DNA of 58,058 nt from an uncultured Pseudomonadota bacterium (GCA_949292385.1 CASEZC010000016.1:1-58058); one strand, 5' to 3'. Shown: positions 20,011 through 30,092, numbered from the stretch's first letter. The notes: generated by a model not told the origin, from the sequence alone. Translations and numbers: made by a program.

Positions 20011-20610
20011 TTATTTTATTTTCTTTAGCTTTTCTGCAAATGTGAAAGTATATTGTGTTGCAGACCAAATAGACGCAACCAAAGACAACCAAGTCCCCCA
20101 TATACCAATCTGGGGTAAAATATAAATCAATGCCATTAAAGTGCGACTGTCTGCAGCAGGTGTGATAAGTGTGCCGATTGCAAACAACAACAAGAATGCA
20201 CCAATTGTAATCATTTGTAATGTTGTTTTAATTTTACCCATTGAAAAGCGTGCTTTTGGTACAGGCATTTCCATTTTTTGTGTGCCTAAAAATTCGCGTA
20301 AGCCACTGATATATAATTCGCGGGCTATCATTATTATAACAGGTACTACTATAAACCAAACTGGCATCATAACAGTTAGCATTATTAATGTGTTTGTAAC
20401 CAGTAATTTATCACCGATGTGATCCATTACGCCACCAAGCTTTGAACATACGTTATATTTACGTGCAAGATATCCATCAAACCAATCTGATATAGCTGCC
20501 AGTACATATAAAACGAATGTTGTCCAATACAGCCCAAACATAAGAGTTGGTATTATCGCAAATGCCGCGGCAATGCGAAAAGCTGATAAAAAGTTAACAA
20601 AAAATTTCAT
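20011..20610 (-). CDS. pgsA: CDP-diacylglycerol--glycerol-3-phosphate 3-phosphatidyltransferase
   Basis: 199 aa membrane protein. CDP-alcohol phosphatidyltransferase motif DWFDGYLARK...GGVMDHIGDKLL. Confidence 0.8.
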   Translation of the reverse strand: MKFFVNFLSAFRIAAAFAIIPTLMFGLYWTTFVLYVLAAISDWFDGYLARKYNVCSKLGGVMDHIGDKLLVTNTLIMLTVMMPVWFIVVPVIIMIARELYISGLREFLGTQKMEMPVPKARFSMGKIKTTLQMITIGAFLLLFAIGTLITPAADSRTLMALIYILPQIGIWGTWLSLVASIWSATQYTFTFAEKLKKIK

Positions 20611-20644
20611 GATTTTCTCCTTTTTGGTATCATCAATGTATTCA

Positions 20645-22069
20645 TTATATCACTTCTGAATGAAAATATGCATAGATTTTTTGTGCGGCAGATTTGCCGA
20701 GTCCCGGAACCTTTAATAGTGCCGGCATATCAGCATCTGCAACAGCACGTGCAGAACCAAAATGAGTTAAAAGCGCTTTTTTTCTTGTTGCTCCAATGCC
20801 TTCTATTTCATCAAGAACAGAAGAAGTCATTGTCTTTGCGCGAACTGTTCTGTGGAAGGTTATTACAAATCTATGTGCCTCGTCGCGAACTGCACGTAAT
20901 AGCAAGAATAGTTTAGAGTCTTTTGGAATATCACGACATTCGCTGCCGTCGGGCATTATAAAGTGTTCGTCGCCGTCACGAACTTCGCCTTTTGTAACGC
21001 CTAATATCGGTATGTTTGGTGCTGTTTTATGCGCTATGTTCCATTGCGCTGGTCCTCCATCTACTATGATTAAATCAAGTTTTGGTCCGCGTTGCGTTGC
21101 ACGTGATACAAATTCTTGCATCATTGCTATATCGTTGCCGGCGCGTGACTGGTCGTGCAATTTGAAATGTCTGTAACCTGTTTTTATAAAACCGTTTTTA
21201 CCAAATGTTATCATGGCGCCAACAGGGTTCTTACCGAATAAATGTGAGTTATCAAAAACGCCAGCGCATTCTATATTTAAGTTTAACCAATTTTCTAAAT
21301 CTTTTACGCTTTCTTGCCAATCAAAGTTTGATTTATGTGAAGAGGCTCTTTTTATACCGCGGTTTGCCGTGTGGGTAAGTTCAGCTATCTTGTCACGACA
21401 AATTGCGGCAGATTCAAAGTCCATGTTCGCAGAATGTTTTTTCATCTCTTCTGTCAGGTCTTTTATTATTGGTTCGCTGTCGCCAGTTAAAATTCTGCGT
21501 GCCAGACTTACGTTTTTTTCATATTCTGTTTGTGGTATAGTACACGGTGCGCTGCATCTTCCTATTTGGTATAAAAGGCAAGGACGTGAACGATTGCGCA
21601 TGAAAGAATCTGTGCAAGTACGTAATTTGCATACTTTTTGAATTGTTTTAATTGTTTCGTTTAAAGCGTATACTGATGGATAAGGACCATATACGTCGCG
21701 TCTTTGTGATATTTTTCCACGAAATTTTAGCAGACGAGGGTACTGGCTGCTTGTCAGCGCAATCATCGGGTACATTTTCCCGTCTGTTAACATGATGTTA
21801 TACTTCGGTTTTAGGGTCTTTATCAGATTTTGTTCTAGTAAAAGTGCGTCTGATTCTGTCGCTGTTATTTCCCAGTCAACCTTGGTTACCAAAGAACGCA
21901 TTACTTGTTTATGAGGTTCTAGTTTAGATATATCAAGGTATTGCCTTAATCTGTTAAATAGGTTTTTGGCTTTTCCTACGTACAACAGGTTACCTTCTGC
22001 GTCGTACATTTTGTAGACGCCTGGGGCATTAGGACTGTTTTCTATTAAATCTGAAAATTGAATATTCAT
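20645..22069 (-). CDS. uvrC: Excinuclease ABC subunit C (compact form)
   Basis: 474 aa from the ATG at 22069 (MNIQFSD...). GIY-YIG (GVYKMYDAEGNLLYVGKAKNL), UVR domain (FESAAICRDKIAEL), C-terminal endonuclease region, and HhH pair (IEGIGATRKKALLTHFGS...VPGLGKSAAQKI). Confidence 0.85.
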   Translation of the reverse strand: MNIQFSDLIENSPNAPGVYKMYDAEGNLLYVGKAKNLFNRLRQYLDISKLEPHKQVMRSLVTKVDWEITATESDALLLEQNLIKTLKPKYNIMLTDGKMYPMIALTSSQYPRLLKFRGKISQRRDVYGPYPSVYALNETIKTIQKVCKLRTCTDSFMRNRSRPCLLYQIGRCSAPCTIPQTEYEKNVSLARRILTGDSEPIIKDLTEEMKKHSANMDFESAAICRDKIAELTHTANRGIKRASSHKSNFDWQESVKDLENWLNLNIECAGVFDNSHLFGKNPVGAMITFGKNGFIKTGYRHFKLHDQSRAGNDIAMMQEFVSRATQRGPKLDLIIVDGGPAQWNIAHKTAPNIPILGVTKGEVRDGDEHFIMPDGSECRDIPKDSKLFLLLRAVRDEAHRFVITFHRTVRAKTMTSSVLDEIEGIGATRKKALLTHFGSARAVADADMPALLKVPGLGKSAAQKIYAYFHSEVI

Positions 22070-22119
22070 AATATATATGATAGAATATAAAAAATTAAAT
22101 AGCAAATGGGGGTTATATA

Positions 22120-22584
22120 ATGAGACAAGAATCTGGTCGTTCTATGATTGAAATGATGGGTGTTTTGGCAATTATGGGAGTTATTACTGTCGGGGCAATT
22201 GCTGCTATATCTAGTGCGATGAATTTGCAAAAAAGAAGTACGGTAAATGATGAAGTTTTGCAAATGGTAACCCAAGTTCGTCAATTGTTTGGCGGATATG
22301 ATGATTTTTCTAATATAAATAATTCTACTATCTTTGGGGCAATTGGTATGTCTAATAAAAATCCATATGGTGGAACGTATGAGATTTCTGTAAATCCTTC
22401 TAATTCATTGCAGTTTATTGTTTCTGTTAATGGTTTGTCTCAGTCTGATTGTGAATACTTTATCACAAAAGGATGGGAAGGTTCTGTTGGTTATGAAATG
22501 TCTGGAAGAAAACAAAGCGGTGCAACAGGAAACTGCAACAATCAAAACGGTAAAAATGTCGTTCAAATAATATATGGCGAATAA
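22120..22584 (+). CDS. Type IV pilin / pseudopilin-like protein
   Basis: 154 aa. Class III leader MRQESG/RSMIEMMGVLAIMGVITVG with Glu at +5 after the Gly. C-terminal Cys pair (SDCEYF...GNCNNQ) resembles a pilin D-region. Confidence 0.65.
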   Translation: MRQESGRSMIEMMGVLAIMGVITVGAIAAISSAMNLQKRSTVNDEVLQMVTQVRQLFGGYDDFSNINNSTIFGAIGMSNKNPYGGTYEISVNPSNSLQFIVSVNGLSQSDCEYFITKGWEGSVGYEMSGRKQSGATGNCNNQNGKNVVQIIYGE

Positions 22585-22590
22585 GGTTAA

Positions 22591-23562
22591 ATGGCTGATT
22601 TTATTGAAGTTTCAAAGGTAGAAGATGGTACCAGATTATTGCGCTGGTTCTTGCGCCGTTATCCTGGTATGCCGCAGCGAGAGTTTTATAAGTTGTGTCG
22701 CGGTGGGCAAATACGTGTAAATTCTTCACGTGTTCGTGGTCAAGAAATTTTAAAAGCTGGTGATGCGGTCAGAGTGCCGCCTACCTTGGCCAGCTATGCA
22801 CAAAAAAGCAAAAAGCAGGAATCTGGTGAACTTTTTTCTTTATCAGATTTAGAAGCGTTAAGAAAATGTATCATTCATAATGATGATGATATAGTTGTTT
22901 TTAATAAACCTGCTGGGCTTGCTGTTCAGGGTGGAACGGGCATAAGAAAATCTATTGATAAAATGGCTGCAGCTTTGTTCCCGTACGATAAGATATCTTT
23001 GGTTCATAGATTGGATAAAGAAACTAGCGGCGTATTAGTTGTTGCAAAAAATCAAAGGGCGGCGCAGGTTCTGGCGGATGAATTTCAGACAAAAAAGGCA
23101 AGTAAAGAATATCTGGCGTTATTAAACGGAACGGTAAAGCCTTTGCGCGGTATGATAGATAACTATATGATAAAAGGGCAGGTGTTTGATAGTCCTGATA
23201 GGGTGAATAATGGAACAGGGCAAAGACCGCAACGTGCAATTACAGAGTACGAAGTTTTAACGCAAGCTGGCGGTCATTTATCGTGGGTTTTGTTTTCTCC
23301 AAAGACTGGGCGTACTCATCAGCTTAGATTGCATAGTGCTTTATCTTTGCACGCGCCGATTGTTGGTGACGATTTGTATGGAACAGACAAAAAACTGGAT
23401 TCTATGTTAAAGTCTGTCATATCTACAAATAATTTATTTTTATTTGCTTATAAGATTACTTTAAGGCATCCTAGAACTGGTAAGATTATGACGTTTAAAG
23501 CAGAATTGCCGAATTTTATGAAAGCAGTTTTAGACTTTTTGGAATTTAAATTACCTGAATAG
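22591..23562 (+). CDS. RluA-family 23S rRNA pseudouridine synthase with N-terminal S4 domain (RluC/RluD-like)
   Basis: 323 aa. S4-like FYKLCRGGQIRVNSSRV. Catalytic HRLDKETSGVLVVAKN. C-terminal GRTHQLRLH. Confidence 0.85.
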   Translation: MADFIEVSKVEDGTRLLRWFLRRYPGMPQREFYKLCRGGQIRVNSSRVRGQEILKAGDAVRVPPTLASYAQKSKKQESGELFSLSDLEALRKCIIHNDDDIVVFNKPAGLAVQGGTGIRKSIDKMAAALFPYDKISLVHRLDKETSGVLVVAKNQRAAQVLADEFQTKKASKEYLALLNGTVKPLRGMIDNYMIKGQVFDSPDRVNNGTGQRPQRAITEYEVLTQAGGHLSWVLFSPKTGRTHQLRLHSALSLHAPIVGDDLYGTDKKLDSMLKSVISTNNLFLFAYKITLRHPRTGKIMTFKAELPNFMKAVLDFLEFKLPE

Positions 23563-23570
23563 GCAATAAA

Positions 23571-25628
23571 ATGGTAAAAAAGAGTAAAAAGAAAAAAAAT
23601 ATTTTTTTTTCAATAAGTAGAGTCCTTGTAATTTTTGTTATGGGGCTTGCGGTTGCTTTTGTTATAGCTTTGTCACAAATAAATCTTGAAACGTTGCGTG
23701 GAAACGTTTTGGCTGTTCTAAAAGATTCTACGGGATTGCCAGTAGAAATTGATGGTGGGGTTTCTTGGAAGTTGTCTTTAAGACCACAGATTGAATTAAA
23801 TAAGGTAAGGGTACCTAATGCAGAGTGGGCAAAACATAAAGATGCTTTTTCAGCAGAAAAAATTGATGTCACTTTAAATTTAATTTCTTTGTTTCAAGAC
23901 AGACCGACAATTCAAAATGTAAAAATTTATGATGCTAGTGTATGTATAGAAAAAAATGATAAAGGGGAATATTCTATAAGTTCTAAAAATGCTTCTGTGT
24001 CTGGCGCAGAAAAAACAGAATATCCTTTTGAAGACCCTGGGCTTGGTGGGGTTGAAGTTAAAAATTTAAAGCTGGATATTTTAGGTAATTTATATTCTTT
24101 GGCAGGTGTTAATGTTCGTTATTTTCCGCGTGATGATACCAGAGAATATAGTGGTTGGATTAAACCAGATAAAGACGTTTTACCATTCATAGTTTCGTAT
24201 TCAAAATATAATGCTGAACGTAAAATTTATCCTGTAAAGATAGCACTGTCTACTGGTGGTGATGCGCTGATTGCAAATATTGCGTTGGAAGGAACAAGTA
24301 AACAGCCTATTGATTTTATAATAAAAGGCGATATACCAAATGTCGCTGCAGCAGGCAAAATATTTAATTTGAATTTACCAGATATGGATACTGTAAAAGT
24401 TAATATAACTGGTGGGTTTGACAGAAATAAATTGTCTTTTAGAAATTCTTCATTAACAGTAAAAGATAACAAGTTGGCATTCTCGGGCGTTATAGATTGG
24501 TCTAAGAACGTTCCTTTTATAGATATGGATTTAGAGTCGAAACTTATAAGCTTGATGGATTTGTTCCCAGATTTATACTCTAAAGACTGGATTAGACCAA
24601 ACAGAGAATTAAATGTTTTTAAAGATATACCATTATATGGAAAAGATTTATTAGGTGTGGATTTAGATTTACATATTTTGTTGGATAATTTCTTTGTGTA
24701 TCGTGATTTTGATATAAAAGATTTGGATTTGTCTTTAAATCTTATAAAAGGACAGGGTAGGCTGGATTCTGAGGCTGTTATTGGTAACGGAAATGTAGAA
24801 ATTGGTGCTGATATAAATATAGATGAAGATGGGCGCTATTATGTAAAAGCCGCGGCCGTCGGACGAAGCATGTCTGTTGGCGAAATTTTAAATCAGGTAA
24901 GAGTTAAAGATTTAATATCTGATTTGCCAGTTAATCTTGATACTTATTTAGAAACAAATGGTACAAATCTGTCTGAATGGATGCAAAATATAACTGGACC
25001 AGTTAAAATTTATTCTGCTGATTCTGGGTATGCCCATTCTGCGCTGGTTGCAAATATGTATGGAACAGATTTCTTGACCACGTTAAGACATAGTATTCAA
25101 GATTTATTTAGAACAGAAAAAAAATATAATCAAATGACAATTTCTTGTGTGGCGTTAAATACCAAGTTACGTAATGGGGTTTTTGATACCCGACATGGTG
25201 TTGCTGTCGAAACAAATGCTATAAATGTAAGATTGGCAGGTAATATGGATTTAGGAAAAGAAACAATGAAACTTTCCTTGACCACGGTTCCCGTTAGGGG
25301 ATTAAAATTGTCTTTGACTGGAAACGTTGTTAATTCTATAGAAATTACAGGAAACTTGGCAGAATCTGACGTAAAAATAAGTGGCGCGGCTGTTGCAGGT
25401 AAGGTTGCGTCAGCAACTGGAATTGGTTTGTTGTTGGCACCATTTACCGGTGGTATTGGTTTGGTTGCTGGGGCGGGCGTTGGTCTGTTGGCAGGCGACT
25501 TGTTGGAAAATTGGTTGGCGGATGACACGCCTTGTAAGACCGCTTTGGAAAAGGGGGCACCTGCAATGCGTAGTGATCCAGATTGGTTAAATGAACCTGT
25601 CGAGAATTTAATACAAAGTGTTATTTAA
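23571..25628 (+). CDS. AsmA-family outer-membrane biogenesis protein
   Basis: 685 aa. N-terminal TM anchor after a Lys-rich start, then a long beta-rich periplasmic region. The C-terminal region (NGVFDTRHGVAVETNAINVRLAGNMDL) resembles the AsmA C-terminus. Confidence 0.6.
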   Translation: MVKKSKKKKNIFFSISRVLVIFVMGLAVAFVIALSQINLETLRGNVLAVLKDSTGLPVEIDGGVSWKLSLRPQIELNKVRVPNAEWAKHKDAFSAEKIDVTLNLISLFQDRPTIQNVKIYDASVCIEKNDKGEYSISSKNASVSGAEKTEYPFEDPGLGGVEVKNLKLDILGNLYSLAGVNVRYFPRDDTREYSGWIKPDKDVLPFIVSYSKYNAERKIYPVKIALSTGGDALIANIALEGTSKQPIDFIIKGDIPNVAAAGKIFNLNLPDMDTVKVNITGGFDRNKLSFRNSSLTVKDNKLAFSGVIDWSKNVPFIDMDLESKLISLMDLFPDLYSKDWIRPNRELNVFKDIPLYGKDLLGVDLDLHILLDNFFVYRDFDIKDLDLSLNLIKGQGRLDSEAVIGNGNVEIGADINIDEDGRYYVKAAAVGRSMSVGEILNQVRVKDLISDLPVNLDTYLETNGTNLSEWMQNITGPVKIYSADSGYAHSALVANMYGTDFLTTLRHSIQDLFRTEKKYNQMTISCVALNTKLRNGVFDTRHGVAVETNAINVRLAGNMDLGKETMKLSLTTVPVRGLKLSLTGNVVNSIEITGNLAESDVKISGAAVAGKVASATGIGLLLAPFTGGIGLVAGAGVGLLAGDLLENWLADDTPCKTALEKGAPAMRSDPDWLNEPVENLIQSVI

Positions 25629-25641
25629 AAGGAGAAAATAA

Positions 25642-26400
25642 ATGTTTAATTGGCTTGGTTTGGTGCAGGTATTAATTATCGCTGTAATAATGTGGCTTTT
25701 TTATAGAAGCTTTATTCAAAATACATCTTCTGAAAAATTGGTAAGAGGCTTATTGGGACTTGCTGTATTATGGGTTTTAAGCTTTGTTCTATCTTGGGCT
25801 CATTTAGATTTGTTAAGCGCTTTTTTACATTGGACAGCGCTGTTCTTGTCTATAAGCTTGATTGTTATATTTCAACCAGAATTGCGTAAATTTATGGCTT
25901 TGATGGGGAATGTAGAAGAATGGCGTCGTTTGTTTAAACGCGGCGGAATTGCAACCAAAAACACTTCTGCTTTGGATGCGATTGTTTCGTCCGTGGAATA
26001 TATGTCTGCAAAGCATACTGGGGCTTTGATAGTTTTTTCTAGAAGCCTTGATGAAAGTGCTATAGAAAAGAAAGGGGTTAGAGTAGATGCTGTTATTACC
26101 AGTGAATTGCTGTTGACGATATTTTTTAATAAAACGCCATTGCATGACGGGGCTGTTATAATAGAAAAAGAAAGAGTGGCTTATGCAGGGGCAATATTGC
26201 CGCTGTCTCAAAATAATTTAAACTGGAAATATGGGACAAGACATCGCGCCGCGTTGGGGTTATCAGAAGTATCTGGCGCGACTATATTAGTTGTGTCTGA
26301 AGAAAGCGGTGACATATCAATCGCGGAAAAAGGTAAGTTTACCAAATTTGATGATATGAAAAAATTGCGCGCAAAATTAGAAAAAGTTATGGCTAAATAA
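25642..26400 (+). CDS. cdaA: Membrane-bound diadenylate cyclase CdaA (c-di-AMP synthase)
   Basis: 252 aa. Three N-terminal TM helices ending in VIFQPELRKF. DAC domain motifs GALIVFSR, TPLHDGAVII, GTRHRAALGLSE and ILVVSEESGDIS. Confidence 0.85.
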   Translation: MFNWLGLVQVLIIAVIMWLFYRSFIQNTSSEKLVRGLLGLAVLWVLSFVLSWAHLDLLSAFLHWTALFLSISLIVIFQPELRKFMALMGNVEEWRRLFKRGGIATKNTSALDAIVSSVEYMSAKHTGALIVFSRSLDESAIEKKGVRVDAVITSELLLTIFFNKTPLHDGAVIIEKERVAYAGAILPLSQNNLNWKYGTRHRAALGLSEVSGATILVVSEESGDISIAEKGKFTKFDDMKKLRAKLEKVMAK

Positions 26401-26404
26401 AGTG

Positions 26405-26427
26405 ACCGCTCGCAAGAGCGGTTTTTT
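26405..26427 (+). terminator. Rho-independent terminator after cdaA
   Basis: ACCGCTC-gcaa-GAGCGGT followed by TTTTT. Confidence 0.8.
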
Positions 26428-26550
26428 ATCTATATTCATATAGATGGGTGTAAAAAGCTTTTGCTCTTGCACCGAATCGGCATTTTTTGATAAACTTAAC
26501 TTAAAAGAATGTAGGGAAATATATTTATTAGAATAAACAGGAGCATATAT

Positions 26551-27669
26551 ATGGAATTCTCGGTATTTCGTCAGGTTTTGATTCGTGCGCTGGGTCATAT
26601 GCAATCTATTGTTGAAAAACGCGCGACTTTGCCGATTTTGATGAATGTAAAGCTTGAAGTTGCTGATGATTTGGTTTTGTCTGCAACAAACGTCGATTTA
26701 GAATTGGTTGAACATGTCGCAGCTGATATAACTTTGGGCGGCAAGACAACAGTTCCTGTACAGATGTTGTACGATATAGTTCGTAAATTACCAGATGATT
26801 CAGAAATTACTTTTAAGCAGTCTGGTGATCAGTTGGTTGTTTCTAGTGGTCGTGCGGTATTTAAGTTGCCTACGTTGCCAGCTGAAAATTTCCCTGCAAT
26901 GGCTGGTAGTAATTTGACTACAAAATTCCAGATGACAACAGGTGATTTGGCTCATCTTATAAATCAAACAAAGTTTGCAATACCAACAGATGACGTTCGT
27001 TATCACTTGGGCGGAATTTATTTCCATATTTCTGATGAAGGTAAAGAAAAAATGTTGACTGCTGTTGCAACGGATGCTCAGCGTATGGCTTTGTGTGCAA
27101 TGCCAGCACCAGAGGGTAGTGTTGAAATGCCTTCTGTAATTTTACCTCGTCGTGTTATTGGTGAATTATCTAAATTGTTAGAAGATGCGAATGTTGATGA
27201 TGTAACTGTTGAATTGTCTGATACCAAGGCACGCTTTACTGTAGGTGCGGCTACTTTGACAAGTAAGTTGGTTGATGCGCAATATCCTAATTATCGCGTT
27301 GTTATTCCAAAGGGGAACGATAAAATTGCTGTTTTAGACAGAAAGCAGTTCTTGAGCGCAGTTGACTTGGTATCTGTTGCCAGTGTTGATAAAACAAAGT
27401 CTGTTCAGTTAACTTTCTCTATGAATAAGTTGGTTATAAACGCTTCAAGTCCAGATGCTGGAACGGCAACACAAGAATTGGATATTGAATATAATGGCGA
27501 CGCTTCTTTCACGGTTACGTTTAACGTAAAGTTCTTGATGGATGTAGCTGGTCAGGTTGAAGGTGAAAAGTTCCAGATGGAAATGCAAGATCCTTTATCT
27601 CCGACTATCATAAAGTCTACGGATAAGAATACAGATGCATTGTTCATATTAATGCCAATGAGAATGTAA
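26551..27669 (+). CDS. dnaN: DNA polymerase III beta sliding clamp
   Basis: 372 aa. Three-domain length. N-terminus LIRALGHMQSIVEKRATLPILMNVKLE and C-terminus ALFILMPMRM are typical of DnaN. Confidence 0.92.
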   Translation: MEFSVFRQVLIRALGHMQSIVEKRATLPILMNVKLEVADDLVLSATNVDLELVEHVAADITLGGKTTVPVQMLYDIVRKLPDDSEITFKQSGDQLVVSSGRAVFKLPTLPAENFPAMAGSNLTTKFQMTTGDLAHLINQTKFAIPTDDVRYHLGGIYFHISDEGKEKMLTAVATDAQRMALCAMPAPEGSVEMPSVILPRRVIGELSKLLEDANVDDVTVELSDTKARFTVGAATLTSKLVDAQYPNYRVVIPKGNDKIAVLDRKQFLSAVDLVSVASVDKTKSVQLTFSMNKLVINASSPDAGTATQELDIEYNGDASFTVTFNVKFLMDVAGQVEGEKFQMEMQDPLSPTIIKSTDKNTDALFILMPMRM

Positions 27670-27673
27670 AAAG

Positions 27674-27698
27674 AAAACTGCCGAAAGGCAGTTTTTTT
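27674..27698 (+). terminator. Rho-independent terminator after dnaN
   Basis: AAAACTGCC-gaaa-GGCAGTTTTTTT. Confidence 0.8.
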
Positions 27699-27768
27699 AT
27701 GTATAAATATGTATTTATAATTGCAAAGTAATATTTTTATGATAATATTGCACGCGCAAAAAAGGTAG

Positions 27769-28317
27769 ATGAATATGAAAATAGAAGAAATTCCGGCAGG
27801 AAAAATGCCGCCAAAAAAGATGAATGCGATAATAGAAGTTCCTGAAAATGGATTCGTAAAATATGAAATAGATAAAGCAACGGGTTTGCCACGTGTGGAT
27901 CGTATTTTGCATACTCCTATGGCTTATCCTGCAAACTATGGTTATTTCCCAGGTACACTTGGCGATGACGGTGACCCATTAGATTGTGTTGTTGTATGTA
28001 ATGCACCATTGCGTCCAGGTGTTTTGATTGAAGTTAGACCTATTGGGGCATTGTTGATGGATGACCAGGCTGGTGGCGACGAAAAAATAATTTGCGTTCC
28101 ATTAGATAAAATTGATCCTTTCTATACGGAAACAAACTTTGTTGAACAGTTGCCTGCAATTTTGCGTTCTAAAATAGAATATTTCTTTCAGCATTATAAA
28201 GATTTGCAACCAAATTCTTGGTCTAAAGTTAAAGGTTGGGCAGATCGTGAAACCGCTGATAAGTTAATCATGGAAAGTATCGATAGATATTGGGCGCATA
28301 AACGTGAAGTTCAATAA
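27769..28317 (+). CDS. ppa: Inorganic pyrophosphatase (family I)
   Basis: 182 aa. Motifs IIEVPENGFVKYEIDK, YPANYGYFPGTLGDDGDPLD and DEKII. Confidence 0.92.
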   Translation: MNMKIEEIPAGKMPPKKMNAIIEVPENGFVKYEIDKATGLPRVDRILHTPMAYPANYGYFPGTLGDDGDPLDCVVVCNAPLRPGVLIEVRPIGALLMDDQAGGDEKIICVPLDKIDPFYTETNFVEQLPAILRSKIEYFFQHYKDLQPNSWSKVKGWADRETADKLIMESIDRYWAHKREVQ

Positions 28318-28377
28318 ATTCTTGCGTTGGAGCCTAAAAAAATTATAATCGTATGGTAGATAACAAGAGGTAAAACA

Positions 28378-28947
28378 ATGGCATCATATATTGCTAATGA
28401 CATGCGTGTCGGTTGGGTTATTGCTCATAACGGTAAGCGTTATTCTGTTATGTCTATTACAAAAGTAAAACCAGGCAAGGGTGGTGCTTTTGTTCAGGCA
28501 GATTTGCGCGATATTGATTCTGGTAACAAGGGCGGTGATCGCTGGCGTGCGGAAGATAAAGTCGAAAAATTGATGGTCGAAGATTTTGATTGTCAGTATT
28601 TGTATTCTGATGGTGAAAGTGCTTTCTTTATGAATCTATCTGATTATGAACAGTTTACTATGCCAGTAGATTCTTTGGGTGAACAGATGAAGTTCTTGGC
28701 CCCAGAAATGCAAGTAAAGGCTAACTTTGTTGAAGGTCAACCTGTATCTATTTCTTTGCCAAAAACAGTCGTTGCAACTGTTGAAGAAACAGAACCTGCT
28801 TTGAAAGGACAAACTGTTTCCAGCAGCGGTGGTAAACCTGCAATTTTGGATAATGGCGTTCGTGTTCAAGTTCCTTTGTTTATCGAACAAGGTGAAAAAA
28901 TCGTTGTTAATACAGAAACTTTGGAATATGTAGAACGCGCGAAATAA
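28378..28947 (+). CDS. efp: Elongation factor P
   Basis: 189 aa. KPGKGGAFVQ loop and three-domain length. Confidence 0.92.
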   Translation: MASYIANDMRVGWVIAHNGKRYSVMSITKVKPGKGGAFVQADLRDIDSGNKGGDRWRAEDKVEKLMVEDFDCQYLYSDGESAFFMNLSDYEQFTMPVDSLGEQMKFLAPEMQVKANFVEGQPVSISLPKTVVATVEETEPALKGQTVSSSGGKPAILDNGVRVQVPLFIEQGEKIVVNTETLEYVERAK

Positions 28948-28963
28948 TATGATAGCGTTTTAT

Positions 28964-28990
28964 AAAACCCCACTTTTATGTGGGGTTTTT
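28964..28990. terminator. Bidirectional terminator between efp and fba
   Basis: AAAACCCCAC-ttttat-GTGGGGTTTTT. Confidence 0.8.
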
Positions 28991-28991
28991 A

Positions 28992-29936
28992 TTATATTTT
29001 ATTTTCAGAATTCATTATTGATTTTATTTCTTCAACACAATTATCAAAAATATTTTTCATACCTTTTCCCAGATAATCACGTGGATTAAATGTTTCTGGT
29101 TTTTGTGCCAATGTTTCGCGAACTCCAGCTGTGAATGCCAGTCTTGAATCACTGTCTACATTTATTTTGCAGATGTTCATTCTTACGGCTTGTTTTAACT
29201 GGTCTGCAGGTATCCCGCGAGCGTCGGACATTTTCCCGCCAAACGTATTTATTGTTTCAATGTAATGTTGCGGAATGCTGGAAGCACCGTGCAGTACTAA
29301 TGGAAAATCTGGAAGTTCTTTTGAAATTTTTTCTAGAATATCAAATCTTAATTTTTCATTTTCTGATTTTCTTTTGTATGCACCATGACTTGTTCCAATG
29401 GCAATTGCCAGAGAATCTATATTAGTTGCATTAACAAAATTTACTACGTCGTTCGGATTGGCATAGCTTGAATATTCGCTTTGAGTGTTTTCGTCTTCTA
29501 TGCCAGATAAAGTTCCCAGCTCCGCTTCTACAGTTACGTCATATTTGTGGGCAAAGTCTGTCACTTGTTTTGCCAAGTCTGCATTTGCAGAAAATGGTAA
29601 TTTTGAACCGTCTATCATGACGCTTGAAAAACCAAGTTTAATAGCGTTGACGCATGCTTCAAAACTGCCACCATGGTCCAGATGAAGAGCAATTTTTTCT
29701 GATGGTTTTATATTTAATCCCCATATCATTCCCATTAAAAGTTCTGGTCCCATATATTTTAAAGCAGATTCTGATACTGCCAGAATAACAGGGCTTTTCA
29801 TTTCACGGGCTGCTGATACTATCGCAGACAATGTTTCCATGTTATAAAAATTAAAAGCCGGAACCGCATAATGTTTTGCTAGTGCGTCTAAAAAAACTTC
29901 TTTTGTGTTTACTAAACCAAAATCTTTGTAATCCAT
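28992..29936 (-). CDS. fba: Class II fructose-bisphosphate aldolase
   Basis: 314 aa. Motifs YAVPAFNFYNMET, HLDHG, GTSHGAYK and LVLHGASS. Confidence 0.9.
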   Translation of the reverse strand: MDYKDFGLVNTKEVFLDALAKHYAVPAFNFYNMETLSAIVSAAREMKSPVILAVSESALKYMGPELLMGMIWGLNIKPSEKIALHLDHGGSFEACVNAIKLGFSSVMIDGSKLPFSANADLAKQVTDFAHKYDVTVEAELGTLSGIEDENTQSEYSSYANPNDVVNFVNATNIDSLAIAIGTSHGAYKRKSENEKLRFDILEKISKELPDFPLVLHGASSIPQHYIETINTFGGKMSDARGIPADQLKQAVRMNICKINVDSDSRLAFTAGVRETLAQKPETFNPRDYLGKGMKNIFDNCVEEIKSIMNSENKI

Positions 29937-30092
29937 TTTGTACCTTCCTTCATGGAAGATTATATCACAATAAAAATAGTTGTCTTTGAAATATTCTTAG
30001 GAAAGTTTAGTATGCTTGACAATTGATTTTTTTGTGCAACAATTGTATTAACGAATCGGGAGCAGAGTGAGAAAAATAAAAAGGTATAGATT

